Below are positions 18,300 to 27,195 of a DNA stretch of 64,000 nucleotides, in pieces. The notes below the pieces were generated by a model. It worked only from the letters and a program-made list of their open reading frames with translations. It was not told the origin of the DNA and ran no database searches. The first letter of the stretch is position 1. Every line of letters starts with the position of its first letter. Position numbers and translations under genes: made by a program. The stretch comes from Candidatus Woesearchaeota archaeon (lineage in GTDB: Archaea > Nanobdellota > Nanobdellia > Pacearchaeales > GW2011-AR1): assembly GCA_964385425.1 (NCBI GenBank), contig CAYLOQ010000001.1, forward strand, positions 161,420-225,419. The letters are read 5' to 3'.

Positions 18300-20330
18300 A
18301 TGGTAGAACAGACACAAACGAGCAAGTCCAAAAATGACGAGATGATGATAGAAGCAAAGAGCTTTTTCGATTTTCATAAGAAAGAGCTAGGAGAATCCAT
18401 ACGTAAAGGGAAAAACATAATAGCGCTGGATTTTATGAAACTTACAGAATATTCCAATAAACTCTCTGATGAAGTAATTACAAATCCTGAAGAGACCTTA
18501 AGAGTCATAGAACTGGCGGTTGAAGAATCTGGCCTAGTAAGTAACGTGAGAATAAGGCTAACAAATCTTCCACAAAGTCAGGAAATAAAAGTCAGGAATA
18601 TTCGTTCTAGAAACCTAAATGAGATAACCATTATAGAAGGCATAGTCAGGCAAGCGAGTGATGTCAGACCTCAAGTAATAAATGCAAAATTCGAGTGCCC
18701 TAGTTGTGGAACAGTAATCACTGTATTACAAATTGAAAAAAAATTCAGAGAGCCCACGAGGTGCTCTTGTGGAAGAAAAGGAGGTTTCAAATTGATAAGC
18801 AAGGAGATGGTAGATACCCAGAGACTCATAGTGGAAGAAGCTCCAGAATCTCTCTCTGGTGGAGAGCAGCCAAAGAGGATAAACGTATTTCTAAAAGAAG
18901 ATCTAGTTGAGCCAAAAATGGAAGAAAAGACCACGCCTGGAAGCAGGGTCAAAGTTATTGGAATTTTGAAAGAGGTTCCTGTACCACTCAACTCTGGAGG
19001 GCTTTCAACCAGATTCGAGCTAGCCATAGAGGTTAATAATCTGATACCAATGGAAGAAACTTTTGAAGAATTGGATATAAGTGAAGAAGACGAGAGACAA
19101 ATCCTTGAACTGTCCCAGGATCCAGATATATTTGAGAAACTAAAGAAGAGCATCATTCCTAGTGTGTGGGGATATGACGAAATAAAGAGGACCCTTGTCT
19201 TACAATTGTTTGGTGGAGTAGCAAAGATGCACGCAGACGGACAGAGGAGCAGGGGAGATTTACATATTTTACTGATAGGAGATCCAGGGGTAGCAAAATC
19301 AGCGACCCTTGGTTTCATGGCAAGAATTTCTCCAAAAGGAAGATACGTGGTAGGAAAATCAGCGTCGGGGGCCGGCTTAACTGCCACTGTTGTAAAAGAC
19401 GAGTATTTGCGTGGCTGGTCTCTGGAAGCTGGTGCAATGGTTCTTGCAAACAAAGGACTCGTCTGCATAGACGAGTTAGAGAAAATGGATCCAAACGACA
19501 GGAGTGCCATGCACGAGGCAATGGAGCAACAGACAATAACCATTAGCAAGGCCACTGTTCAGGCAACCCTGCGTGCAGAAACATCTGTTCTGGCTGCTGC
19601 AAATCCAAAATTTGGCCGCTTTGATCCCTACCAATCTATAGCTCAACAGATAGATTTACCTCCAACGCTAATCAACAGATTTGATGTTATTTTCCCATTG
19701 AGAGACATCCCCAACAGAGAAAAAGACGAACTTATCGCAATCCATGTACTCTATGAACATCAGAAAGAAGGAGAAAAAATGTTAATTCCTAAAGAACTCT
19801 TTAGAAAATACATAGCTTATGCAAAACAAAGAATAAAGCCCATCTTGACTGACGAGGCAGTAGAAGAGATAAAAAAATTCTACGTGGATTTGAGAAACAT
19901 GCCTGTCTCCTCAGAGAGTGTTATGAGGCCAATCCCAATCTCTGCCAGGCAACTGCAAGCCTTGATAAGAATGTCAGAAGCTTCTGCAAAAATGAGGCTC
20001 AGTGAAAGAGTAACAGAAGACGATGCGAAAAGAGCTATAAATATCATGAAGTATTATCTCATGCAGGTCGGTTATGACTACGAGTCAAAGACGTTTGATA
20101 TAGACAAAGGAACAGGAGGGATGCCTTCTTCCCAGAGAAACAAAGTCTTTTTAGTCAGAGACACAATAACCCAACTAGAGAGTCGTTTAGGTAAAATGAT
20201 TCCAATAGAAGAGATAGAAAAAGAATTGGAAGGGAATCTAACAAAGGATGAGATTGAAGAGGCAATAACCAAGCTAGATATCAGCGGAGTAATCTTCAAG
20301 CCGAGAAGGGGTTATGTGGGAAGGACTTGA
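18300..20330 (+). CDS. mcm: MCM replicative helicase (no intein)
   Basis: Zn finger CPSCG...CSCG, GDPGVAKS, IDELEKM, LAAANPKFGRFD, INRFD, SARQL; ATG at 18300 preferred over TTG at 18282. Confidence 0.98.
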   Translation: MVEQTQTSKSKNDEMMIEAKSFFDFHKKELGESIRKGKNIIALDFMKLTEYSNKLSDEVITNPEETLRVIELAVEESGLVSNVRIRLTNLPQSQEIKVRNIRSRNLNEITIIEGIVRQASDVRPQVINAKFECPSCGTVITVLQIEKKFREPTRCSCGRKGGFKLISKEMVDTQRLIVEEAPESLSGGEQPKRINVFLKEDLVEPKMEEKTTPGSRVKVIGILKEVPVPLNSGGLSTRFELAIEVNNLIPMEETFEELDISEEDERQILELSQDPDIFEKLKKSIIPSVWGYDEIKRTLVLQLFGGVAKMHADGQRSRGDLHILLIGDPGVAKSATLGFMARISPKGRYVVGKSASGAGLTATVVKDEYLRGWSLEAGAMVLANKGLVCIDELEKMDPNDRSAMHEAMEQQTITISKATVQATLRAETSVLAAANPKFGRFDPYQSIAQQIDLPPTLINRFDVIFPLRDIPNREKDELIAIHVLYEHQKEGEKMLIPKELFRKYIAYAKQRIKPILTDEAVEEIKKFYVDLRNMPVSSESVMRPIPISARQLQALIRMSEASAKMRLSERVTEDDAKRAINIMKYYLMQVGYDYESKTFDIDKGTGGMPSSQRNKVFLVRDTITQLESRLGKMIPIEEIEKELEGNLTKDEIEEAITKLDISGVIFKPRRGYVGRT

Positions 20331-20396
20331 TTAAAATTATAAATTCCTATCCTAACATTAAAAAAGATTTATATATTTCTAAAAAAATATTCTCCT

Positions 20397-20813
20397 ATGG
20401 ATATCTTTGAAAAAAAATATAAGGTAAAAGAAGATGCAAAAACAAGAGCATTTCATCTAAGCAGAAGAATGTTTTATATTTATCAAAATAAATTATTTGT
20501 TGCTGAATCAGATTTGCCATATTCTCACGCTGTTTGGTTTGAAAAAAAAGGGTTGATTTCAAGAAAAAAAGATAAATTAATAGATGAAATAATTAGGGGA
20601 ATTATTGATGGTGATGGAAATATTTATTTCTATGTTGGATATGATTTTGAAATAAACAAAGAAATAGAATCTCTCTTTTTTTCTCATCTGAAGGAATTAA
20701 CTGAGAAATTGAAATTGAAATTTAACGCTAAAATTTTTGGAGGATTGATTAAACAAAAAGTTGGAAAATGGCCTCCAAGAAGAGCATATGGTAAAATAAA
20801 AGATAATTTGTAA
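20397..20813 (+). CDS. Hypothetical protein
   Basis: 138-aa ORF; SHAVWF and RG...YFYVGYDF. Confidence 0.65.
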   Translation: MDIFEKKYKVKEDAKTRAFHLSRRMFYIYQNKLFVAESDLPYSHAVWFEKKGLISRKKDKLIDEIIRGIIDGDGNIYFYVGYDFEINKEIESLFFSHLKELTEKLKLKFNAKIFGGLIKQKVGKWPPRRAYGKIKDNL

Positions 20814-20895
20814 TTATTCCTTGTTTGGGGTGGTGCCTTATTCCTATCTCAAAAACCCCACAAATCTTTAAAAACAACTCCTTGTTTTTACAAAC

Positions 20896-21525
20896 ATGCC
20901 AGAGGAACAACAATTCAAGAGAAACACAGCCTATAAATTCAGGATCGGAGATCTCTTGTTCGGAAAGCCGATAATGAATGAAGAAAAATTTTCTTTTCTA
21001 GAGTTGGGAGATAAAAAAATTGTAAGGGTAAATTTGGTGGGAAACATCGTAGATAAATATGAAAGTGGGGAAGAAAGAAAGTACCTTTCTCTAACCCTGG
21101 ATGATGGATCTGGTCAGATAAAATTAAAGTCTTTTTCAGAAAATGTAGATAAATTTAAAGACATCCACCAAGGTCAGACAGTCGCAGTCATCGGGGTTTT
21201 GCGACATTGGAACGATGAAACATATGTTTCACCAGAAATAATAAAGGAACTAGACCCAAAATATTTATTGGTAAGAAAATTGGAAACAGAAAAAGACAAG
21301 ATTCTCAATTCTGCCCCTGTTAAAAAAGAACAGATCGTTGCAATAAAAGATAAAATATTAGGTATGATAAAAGATTCTGAAGATGATGGTGGAATAGATA
21401 CAGATAAGATAATTACAAATCTACAAAATATTTCTCCTGAAATAATTAATCAGGAAATTAAAAAGCTTTTAGAAGAAGGTATTATCTTTGAACCGAGACC
21501 TGGAAAAGTCAGGTATTTGGGTTAG
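20896..21525 (+). CDS. RPA32-like OB-fold ssDNA-binding protein with C-terminal winged helix
   Basis: RVNLVGNIV...LTLDDGSGQI; C-terminal LLEEGIIFEPRPG. Confidence 0.8.
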   Translation: MPEEQQFKRNTAYKFRIGDLLFGKPIMNEEKFSFLELGDKKIVRVNLVGNIVDKYESGEERKYLSLTLDDGSGQIKLKSFSENVDKFKDIHQGQTVAVIGVLRHWNDETYVSPEIIKELDPKYLLVRKLETEKDKILNSAPVKKEQIVAIKDKILGMIKDSEDDGGIDTDKIITNLQNISPEIINQEIKKLLEEGIIFEPRPGKVRYLG

Positions 21526-21526
21526 A

Positions 21527-21847
21527 ATGGAACCAGAAATTCCAAAATTTATAAAATTAAGAGGATGTATAAACTGTGATATTTCTAAACAACACAAAAA
21601 GAATACAGGAAGTGATTATGGATTTGATCATGAATTAGTTGCAGGGTGTTTATTATTAGGTTGTATTAATCATGGTTATGGACTTTACAAACCTTTTCTT
21701 GATCCAGAAGAAGTTCTAACAAAAGCAAGAGAAACTGGTAACTCACAATTTATTGAAAATGCTAAAAGATACCTATTAGCTATAGAAAAAAGATTTGGAG
21801 AATTTTATAGAAGAATGAAAATAGATCTTACTAGTTTTTTAGATTAA
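21527..21847 (+). CDS. Hypothetical protein
   Basis: ATG immediately after the RPA stop; GCINC and C..GC Cys pattern. Confidence 0.55.
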   Translation: MEPEIPKFIKLRGCINCDISKQHKKNTGSDYGFDHELVAGCLLLGCINHGYGLYKPFLDPEEVLTKARETGNSQFIENAKRYLLAIEKRFGEFYRRMKIDLTSFLD

Positions 21848-22393
21848 CTATTTCCTCTTCTTTTTCCCTTTCTCAAACTTCTTATTAAAGTAATACGCAA
21901 CCCAGATCACAATCACAAGTCCTATGAGAGAAAGGATGAACTTTAAGAAGTCATCTGCAAACCTCCAAAAGCTTCCAACACCCCACAAAACTACTCCAAC
22001 ACCTCCACCCATCAAACCAGCACCCACAGCCTCTAATCCAAAAACCAGAGCACCTAGAGCAATAATTGCAATCCCTATAGGAAGAGTTATAAGAAATAAT
22101 GTCCTTGAATATGATTCTCTAGCGTCTTCAAGTTTATTTCTGCATGTAAAATCTCTGTCACAGAAACCTTCTATACCATCTACAACACCTACAGACCTAG
22201 GACCTGTAAAAGAATTCCATTGACCCCCTATAGCTTCACACTGCTCAGAACTATTTATTATTTCGGCTGTCTTGAATTCCCCACAAAAATCTTCATATTT
22301 AGGGGAATCATGAAATATATTTATTCCTGTAACTGCAACAGAAATGGTTAAAATAATTATTGCTATTCCAATAATAATGTTCTTTAAACCCAT
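21848..22393 (-). CDS. Hypothetical membrane protein with Cys-containing extracellular loop
   Basis: Four TM segments and a Cys-containing loop. Confidence 0.7.
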   Translation of the reverse strand: MGLKNIIIGIAIIILTISVAVTGINIFHDSPKYEDFCGEFKTAEIINSSEQCEAIGGQWNSFTGPRSVGVVDGIEGFCDRDFTCRNKLEDARESYSRTLFLITLPIGIAIIALGALVFGLEAVGAGLMGGGVGVVLWGVGSFWRFADDFLKFILSLIGLVIVIWVAYYFNKKFEKGKKKRK

Positions 22394-22431
22394 AATCCAT
22401 AAAGATATAAAAGATTTATAAAGCTTATTAA

Positions 22432-23172
22432 TTAAGAGAATTTTGTCTTATGGGCATTCCATAATAATTCAAAATTAATTTTCTGGGTTTCATAAAATTC
22501 TTCATTGTCTATAACAATCGCATAATATGGTTCTTTAGAAAGCATTAAAATAGCTACCTTAGTATTGTAAATAAAAATGTTTGATTTAAAGGCAAATTTA
22601 TCCGGAACAAATACGAATTTACGGAGTTCTTTTTTCTGACTCCTTATGAGTTTATTATGTATATCTTCTTTCTTTCCAATAATTCTAATTGGAATTTTCT
22701 TTCCAACTCTTTTAACAATAAACAGGGGGAATACAAAAGGTAGTGCATTCGTCAAAGAACTAATGTCCCCATAATGTAAAATTTCTTGCTTCGCTTCCAA
22801 AACATCTTCTAAAACAGATCGAATGCCTTTTACACCCTCAAAAATGGTTGCTTTTGGTTTTTCTCTGATAGTTCCAATTAATGAATTAATTTGTGGTAAA
22901 ACAGTTTCAAGTCTTTTCTTCTTATCTTCCAGTTGTTGAATGATCACCTTCGGATGATTTGCTTGGAAATAGGTAATTGACTTTTTTGTAACGGAACCAA
23001 CCAATCCCTTGTTCAATAAACGATCTAAAATATGATACACCGTTGTTCTTGGAATTTCAGAGATCCTAGCTATTTCTTGGGCAGTAGATTCTCCTTTTTT
23101 TAAGAGATTTATGTAAACACTAACTTCTGCTTCTCTCAAGTCAAATTCTCTCAAAATTTCCTTATAGTCCAT
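22432..23172 (-). CDS. TrmB-family transcriptional regulator
   Basis: L...EVSVY..LL..G..TAQEIA....IPRTTVY.IL..L..KGLV; FEG..GI effector domain. Confidence 0.88.
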   Translation of the reverse strand: MDYKEILREFDLREAEVSVYINLLKKGESTAQEIARISEIPRTTVYHILDRLLNKGLVGSVTKKSITYFQANHPKVIIQQLEDKKKRLETVLPQINSLIGTIREKPKATIFEGVKGIRSVLEDVLEAKQEILHYGDISSLTNALPFVFPLFIVKRVGKKIPIRIIGKKEDIHNKLIRSQKKELRKFVFVPDKFAFKSNIFIYNTKVAILMLSKEPYYAIVIDNEEFYETQKINFELLWNAHKTKFS

Positions 23173-23266
23173 AAAAAGTAAAGGGGTTCTAGTAGTTTAT
23201 AATTCTTTCTTTTGTTGACCTTTTTGGACAACAATATATTAAAAACTATCTGAAAGAAGAGGATTT

Positions 23267-23620
23267 ATGGAAACAGGTTATTGTTTATTTATTGACAGGA
23301 GATTTGGAAACGGAGAGGACTTTACAGACTTACCTTTCGGGGATCAAACTAAATTACAAACAGTAGCAGAAGCAGCATTGAGAATACCTTATGTAACTGC
23401 AGTAAGATTACATAGGAAAGACGGTGAAATGCAGGGAGGCCACCCTAGGTGGGAATTTCCCCCTTATTTTGAAAGAGAGAATTCCGATGTAAAAGAATCC
23501 TACACAACTGAAGATAAATTTAGAAAAGACTTGAGATTTCATTTAGGAGATAATCAACTTTTTGATAGTTTGTATGAGAATAAGGAAGCATGGGTATCAT
23601 TTCTTGAGTCCCTAACATGA
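23267..23620 (+). CDS. Hypothetical protein
   Basis: 117-aa ORF with GAGGA RBS. Confidence 0.6.
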   Translation: METGYCLFIDRRFGNGEDFTDLPFGDQTKLQTVAEAALRIPYVTAVRLHRKDGEMQGGHPRWEFPPYFERENSDVKESYTTEDKFRKDLRFHLGDNQLFDSLYENKEAWVSFLESLT

Positions 23621-23728
23621 ACTAAGATGTCAAATGAGTAAAAAGATTTGTGTTAATTATGAAAAAGTTAAAGATTATGTCCTTTAAGGACACTAAAAAC
23701 TTATAAACTCTTTCTTTAAAGTTATATC

Positions 23729-24139
23729 ATGGATGCCTACGAAAAACTACTCGAAGAAGCTTATGGAAAAATAAAACAAGTTGAAAGTTCTACTAGCAGG
23801 TTTGAAATTCCTAAGGCAGAAGGACATTTTGAAGGAAGAAAGACAGTTATTTCAAATTTTTGTCAAATAGCCTCATATCTAAGAAGAAAACAAGAACATT
23901 TCCAGAAATTCCTATTGCGAGAACTGGCAGCTTCAGGTCAGATAGAAGGAGATCGTTTAGTTCTAAACATCAAAGTCCCAAGTTCAAGAATAAACCAAAA
24001 AATAGAAGAGTATGCGAAAGAGTTTATCTTGTGTAAGGAGTGTGGGAAACCAGATACAGAGCTCATAAAAGAAGACAGGATAAGCTTTGTCCATTGCTTA
24101 GCCTGTGGGGCAAAGCATTCAGTTAGGAGTAAAATTTGA
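23729..24139 (+). CDS. eif2b: Translation initiation factor 2 subunit beta
   Basis: RFEIP...G.KTVI.NF; C..C.KPDT...C.ACGA. Confidence 0.95.
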   Translation: MDAYEKLLEEAYGKIKQVESSTSRFEIPKAEGHFEGRKTVISNFCQIASYLRRKQEHFQKFLLRELAASGQIEGDRLVLNIKVPSSRINQKIEEYAKEFILCKECGKPDTELIKEDRISFVHCLACGAKHSVRSKI

Positions 24140-24226
24140 TATTAAGCATAGTCTATAAGGTCTCTGATGTCCATAAAGTGTCTATAAAAGGGCTTTGCGC
24201 AATAAGTCAGTTCTGCACAAAAAGCC

Positions 24227-24793
24227 CTAAGGATTAGGAATATTTACTTCTTTAACATCATGGTCTAATGTTGGTTTTACTCCAAACTTTTTTCTCCACT
24301 TATCCAAGAACCAACCATAGGGTCTACCCATAATGGTTGCAGTAGTTATTCCTGCAGGCAAAGCTAAGGCTATTTCTTCTGGGGACACTCCGTTTGCCCA
24401 CATAATAGTTGAGTAAATGGGTGTATAGAATATTAAATTACCAGATACATCTGTAACAAATTTCCTTAATCTAGAGCTATCTGGATTTGTTTTACAACGT
24501 TTTGTCCAATATTCACGAAATCTTCCATATGGTCTTGAGATAAAAAGTGCTGCAATGCTCATACCAATTCTTGTACTTAATATTTCTTCTGGTTCTAGTC
24601 CCCCAACAAAGTATTCACTTGCTGCAAAAGGAGGATTATAGAATATTAATGCTGCAGAGGTGTCAGTTAAGTATCCTTTAGCCTCTCTTTTTACTGTTGA
24701 GAGAATATTCGGAAGCCTAGACGTGTTTTTAGCCATACTTTCTAAATCTTGAGTGGGATTTTTGTTTTCCATACTTTTTCCTTGGGCATTCAA
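24227..24793 (-). CDS. AlaE-like (L-alanine exporter family) membrane protein; true start probably downstream
   Basis: Internal repeat ..SRPYGRFRE / ..GRPYGWFLD and hydrophobic helices typical of AlaE. Confidence 0.7.
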   Translation of the reverse strand: MNAQGKSMENKNPTQDLESMAKNTSRLPNILSTVKREAKGYLTDTSAALIFYNPPFAASEYFVGGLEPEEILSTRIGMSIAALFISRPYGRFREYWTKRCKTNPDSSRLRKFVTDVSGNLIFYTPIYSTIMWANGVSPEEIALALPAGITTATIMGRPYGWFLDKWRKKFGVKPTLDHDVKEVNIPNP

Positions 24794-24867
24794 TTTATAA
24801 ACATTCCTGTGATAGAAAATCGCCCACGCCGAAGGTCTAACAAAATGTTATCTAAGGGTAATCTACC

Positions 24868-25074
24868 TTAACTTTTCTTCTTAACCATTATCCTAGTATA
24901 AGCTTCTAACAAATCTTTCTTAATCATCTCTAAACTTGTTAGTGCTAAACTAAGGTCATTTGCTGTACACCCTTCCCACCTACCCTCATGTCCTACTTTC
25001 CCATCAACGACGCGAACCATAATGAATAAACCTAACTTTTTCTTCTTCTTAGTCATTCTATTCCTCCTATCCAT
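24868..25074 (-). CDS. Small hypothetical protein
   Basis: 68-aa ORF. Confidence 0.5.
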   Translation of the reverse strand: MDRRNRMTKKKKKLGLFIMVRVVDGKVGHEGRWEGCTANDLSLALTSLEMIKKDLLEAYTRIMVKKKS

Positions 25075-25118
25075 TTTACAATACTCATTTTAAAATCAAA
25101 TATTATTAATATTTAAAA

Positions 25119-25232
25119 TTATCCAAATAACCCTTTAAAGAAGCCAGCTTTCCATACAAGATATAAGAAAATTAATAAAAGAATCACCCATAAAATTCTT
25201 GGGTCAATCTGTCCCTTATTGTTGTTAAACAT
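25119..25232 (-). CDS. 37-aa mini-protein with class III (prepilin-type) signal peptide
   Basis: Manual translation MFNNNKG/QIDPRILWVILLLIFLYLVWKAGFFKGLFG. Confidence 0.6.
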   Translation of the reverse strand: MFNNNKGQIDPRILWVILLLIFLYLVWKAGFFKGLFG

Positions 25233-25273
25233 TACTACTAAAAACTTATAAAATAAGAAACCATTTTTATTTT

Positions 25274-25411
25274 ATGACAGATGAACAAATAAACAACGAA
25301 AGGGATGAGCAAATCGCAAAAAAAGATAAGCAAATAAGAGAACCTGAGAATACCCCTGAACCAAAAGACAATCAAGAAGCTCAACCAGATGAGCAAATTG
25401 AAGAAAAATAA
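25274..25411 (+). CDS. Small acidic, probably disordered protein (45 aa)
   Basis: Manual translation MTDEQINNERDEQIAKKDKQIREPENTPEPKDNQEAQPDEQIEEK. Confidence 0.45.
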   Translation: MTDEQINNERDEQIAKKDKQIREPENTPEPKDNQEAQPDEQIEEK

Positions 25412-25528
25412 GCTTTTTATTTTATAGACATTAAATAGACGTATGGGGGGTTTATAGACTGAGTTTTGATATTAAGAAGGTTTAAAAAACAAACTCTCCT
25501 AATAGTTTAATAAATTCATGGAGGAAAA

Positions 25529-25717
25529 ATGGTAGAAGGAAGATGTATGAAATGTAAAAAACAAACAGAAATGAAAGATCCAGAAGTTAGTCAGACTGCT
25601 AGAGGAGGATATATGGCTAAAGGAAATTGCACGAATTGTGATACTAGAATGGCCAGAATCCTTTCTAAAGACAACGCAGAAAAAGCTGTCCAAGACGGGG
25701 CAAAGAAATCTTTTTAA
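25529..25717 (+). CDS. Small zinc-ribbon protein (DUF5679-like)
   Basis: CMKCK...KGNCTNCDT; GGAGG RBS upstream. Confidence 0.75.
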   Translation: MVEGRCMKCKKQTEMKDPEVSQTARGGYMAKGNCTNCDTRMARILSKDNAEKAVQDGAKKSF

Positions 25718-25740
25718 ATTATATAAGCCCCATAATTTCT

Positions 25741-26040
25741 ATGGTACTTGTAAATGTAATTAAAACATACAGAGACGTTGTTACTATTTGTGATCCCGAA
25801 TTACTTGGAAAGAGGTTTGAGGAAGGTAAATTTCAACTAGATGTAAAAGAGAGCTTCTATAAAGGTGAAGAAGTTTCTGTAGAAGAGGCAATAAAAATAA
25901 TAAAATCGTTTTCTACAGAAGATGCTACTTTTAATATTGCCGGGGAAGAGTCTATAAATATCGCCTTGAAAGCAAAAATAATTTCTGAAGAAGATATCAA
26001 AAAGATCCAAGGGATTCCTTTTGCTCTTGTCCTTTTATGA
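25741..26040 (+). CDS. DUF424 family protein
   Basis: VVTICDPELLGK.F....LDV.ESFY.G. Confidence 0.85.
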   Translation: MVLVNVIKTYRDVVTICDPELLGKRFEEGKFQLDVKESFYKGEEVSVEEAIKIIKSFSTEDATFNIAGEESINIALKAKIISEEDIKKIQGIPFALVLL

Positions 26041-26076
26041 AGTTATATTTATAAACAAATTTCTTCTAAAATAAAT

Positions 26077-26409
26077 GTGGGATACTATAAGAAACAAAAC
26101 CAAAATCAGGAAGAAGAAAAAGTTACAAGAGTTCGGCTTCCCAGAGGAAAAGAAGTGATGGGGATTATAGAACAGAGGCTGGGTGGAAATAAGATGTTGG
26201 TAAATTGCCTGGACGGAAAAACTAGAAACTGCAGGGTCCCTGGAAGATTAAGAAGACGGCTTTGGTTGAGGCCAGACGATGTGGTTATTATAGAACCTTG
26301 GGAACTAGACAAAGATAAGAGGGGGGACATAATATTCAAATATCGTTTAAACCAAGTAAATTGGCTAAAAAAACAGGGTTATCTCAAAACAGAAGAAACA
26401 GAGTTCTAA
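26077..26409 (+). CDS. eif1a: Translation initiation factor 1A
   Basis: G.IEQRLGGN...C.DGKTR.CRVPGR...W...DVV...PW. Confidence 0.95.
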   Translation: MGYYKKQNQNQEEEKVTRVRLPRGKEVMGIIEQRLGGNKMLVNCLDGKTRNCRVPGRLRRRLWLRPDDVVIIEPWELDKDKRGDIIFKYRLNQVNWLKKQGYLKTEETEF

Positions 26410-26909
26410 TGGAAACCATATACTGTGAAAAAATTCCCAGAATAATAAAAAATAAGAAAAGGTTGGAGGAAAAATTACACGTTAAAATAAGCAACAGAGG
26501 AAAAGAAGTTACTATAGAAGGAAAACCAGAAGACGAATATATCGCAGAAAAAGTTATTGAAGCATTAAACTTCGGATTTCCTTTCTCCTCTACATTATTG
26601 ATAAGAAATGAGGGCTATACTTTTGAGATATTAAATATAAAAGATTACACAAAAAGAAAAGATTTAGAAATAATCAGAGCCAGAATAATAGGGAAAAAAG
26701 GGAAAACTCTTCAGACCTTACACCAACTGACAAAATGTGACCTTGAGTTAAAAGATAATCATGTTGGAATTATCGGAGACCCAGAACATATAGAAAATGC
26801 TCAGGAAGCAGTTATTTCCATTATCAAAGGTTCAAAGCAATCGAATGTTTACAGTCACTTAGAAAAACATCAGGTAAAACCTGTAGTTGATCTAGGTTTG
26901 AAAGAATAA
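26409..26909 (+). CDS. KH-domain RNA-processing protein (Dim2/Pno1-like)
   Basis: RARIIGKKGKT GxxG loop; ATG overlaps the aIF1A stop (TAATG). Confidence 0.85.
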   Translation: METIYCEKIPRIIKNKKRLEEKLHVKISNRGKEVTIEGKPEDEYIAEKVIEALNFGFPFSSTLLIRNEGYTFEILNIKDYTKRKDLEIIRARIIGKKGKTLQTLHQLTKCDLELKDNHVGIIGDPEHIENAQEAVISIIKGSKQSNVYSHLEKHQVKPVVDLGLKE

Positions 26910-26959
26910 GCGTCCGAGGAAGAAAAATTAGATATTAAAAAATTAGAAAGAAGATGTAA

Positions 26960-26985
26960 TAAAAAAAGAGCCCCGATAAGGGGCC
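26960..26985 (-). terminator. GC hairpin plus U-tract downstream of tRNA-Asn
   Basis: GGGCCCC-TTATC-GGGGCTC followed by a T-tract on the minus strand. Confidence 0.6.
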
Positions 26986-26994
26986 CGAGATCCA

Positions 26995-27123
26995 CGTTTC
27001 CCGTTTACTTATGACATATAAAGCCGTAAGCAAAACCCGGGTAGGACTCGAACCTACGACCTAACGGTTTCTACGAAATAAAACCTAACAGCCGTTCGCT
27101 CTACCAGACTGAGCTACCGGGAC
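26995..27123 (-). tRNA. tRNA-Asn(GTT) with two introns: 37/38 (17 nt, 27069-27085) and acceptor-stem 70/71 (38 nt, 26998-27035)
   Basis: 5' GTCCCGG, D arm GCTC/GAGC, anticodon arm AACGG-CTGTTAA-CCGTT after splicing, T arm GTAGG-TTCGAGT-CCTAC. Splicing at 70/71 restores CCGGGAC+G73. Confidence 0.85.
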
Positions 27124-27195
27124 TTAACAATCTTAAATTATGTTTACTTTTAAAGATTACTAATTTCTTTAAAATCCACCATAAAAATTTTTAAA

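Noticed and set aside
18671-19555. Long 294-aa minus-strand ORF, and many similar shadow ORFs across the window
   Set aside because: They are antisense to well-supported genes (here mcm), Ser/Phe/Ile-rich and without motifs
24178-24229. Hairpin AGGGCTTT...AAAGCCCT and short GTCYATAA repeats after aIF2-beta
   Set aside because: Imperfect stem overlapping a stop codon, with no recognisable ncRNA family; at most a terminator
27031-27123. tRNA-Asn as a pseudogene or element-disrupted gene with a broken acceptor stem
   Set aside because: A 38-nt excision with exact bulge-helix geometry restores a perfect acceptor stem and G73; chance is unlikely, though this is not experimentally proven
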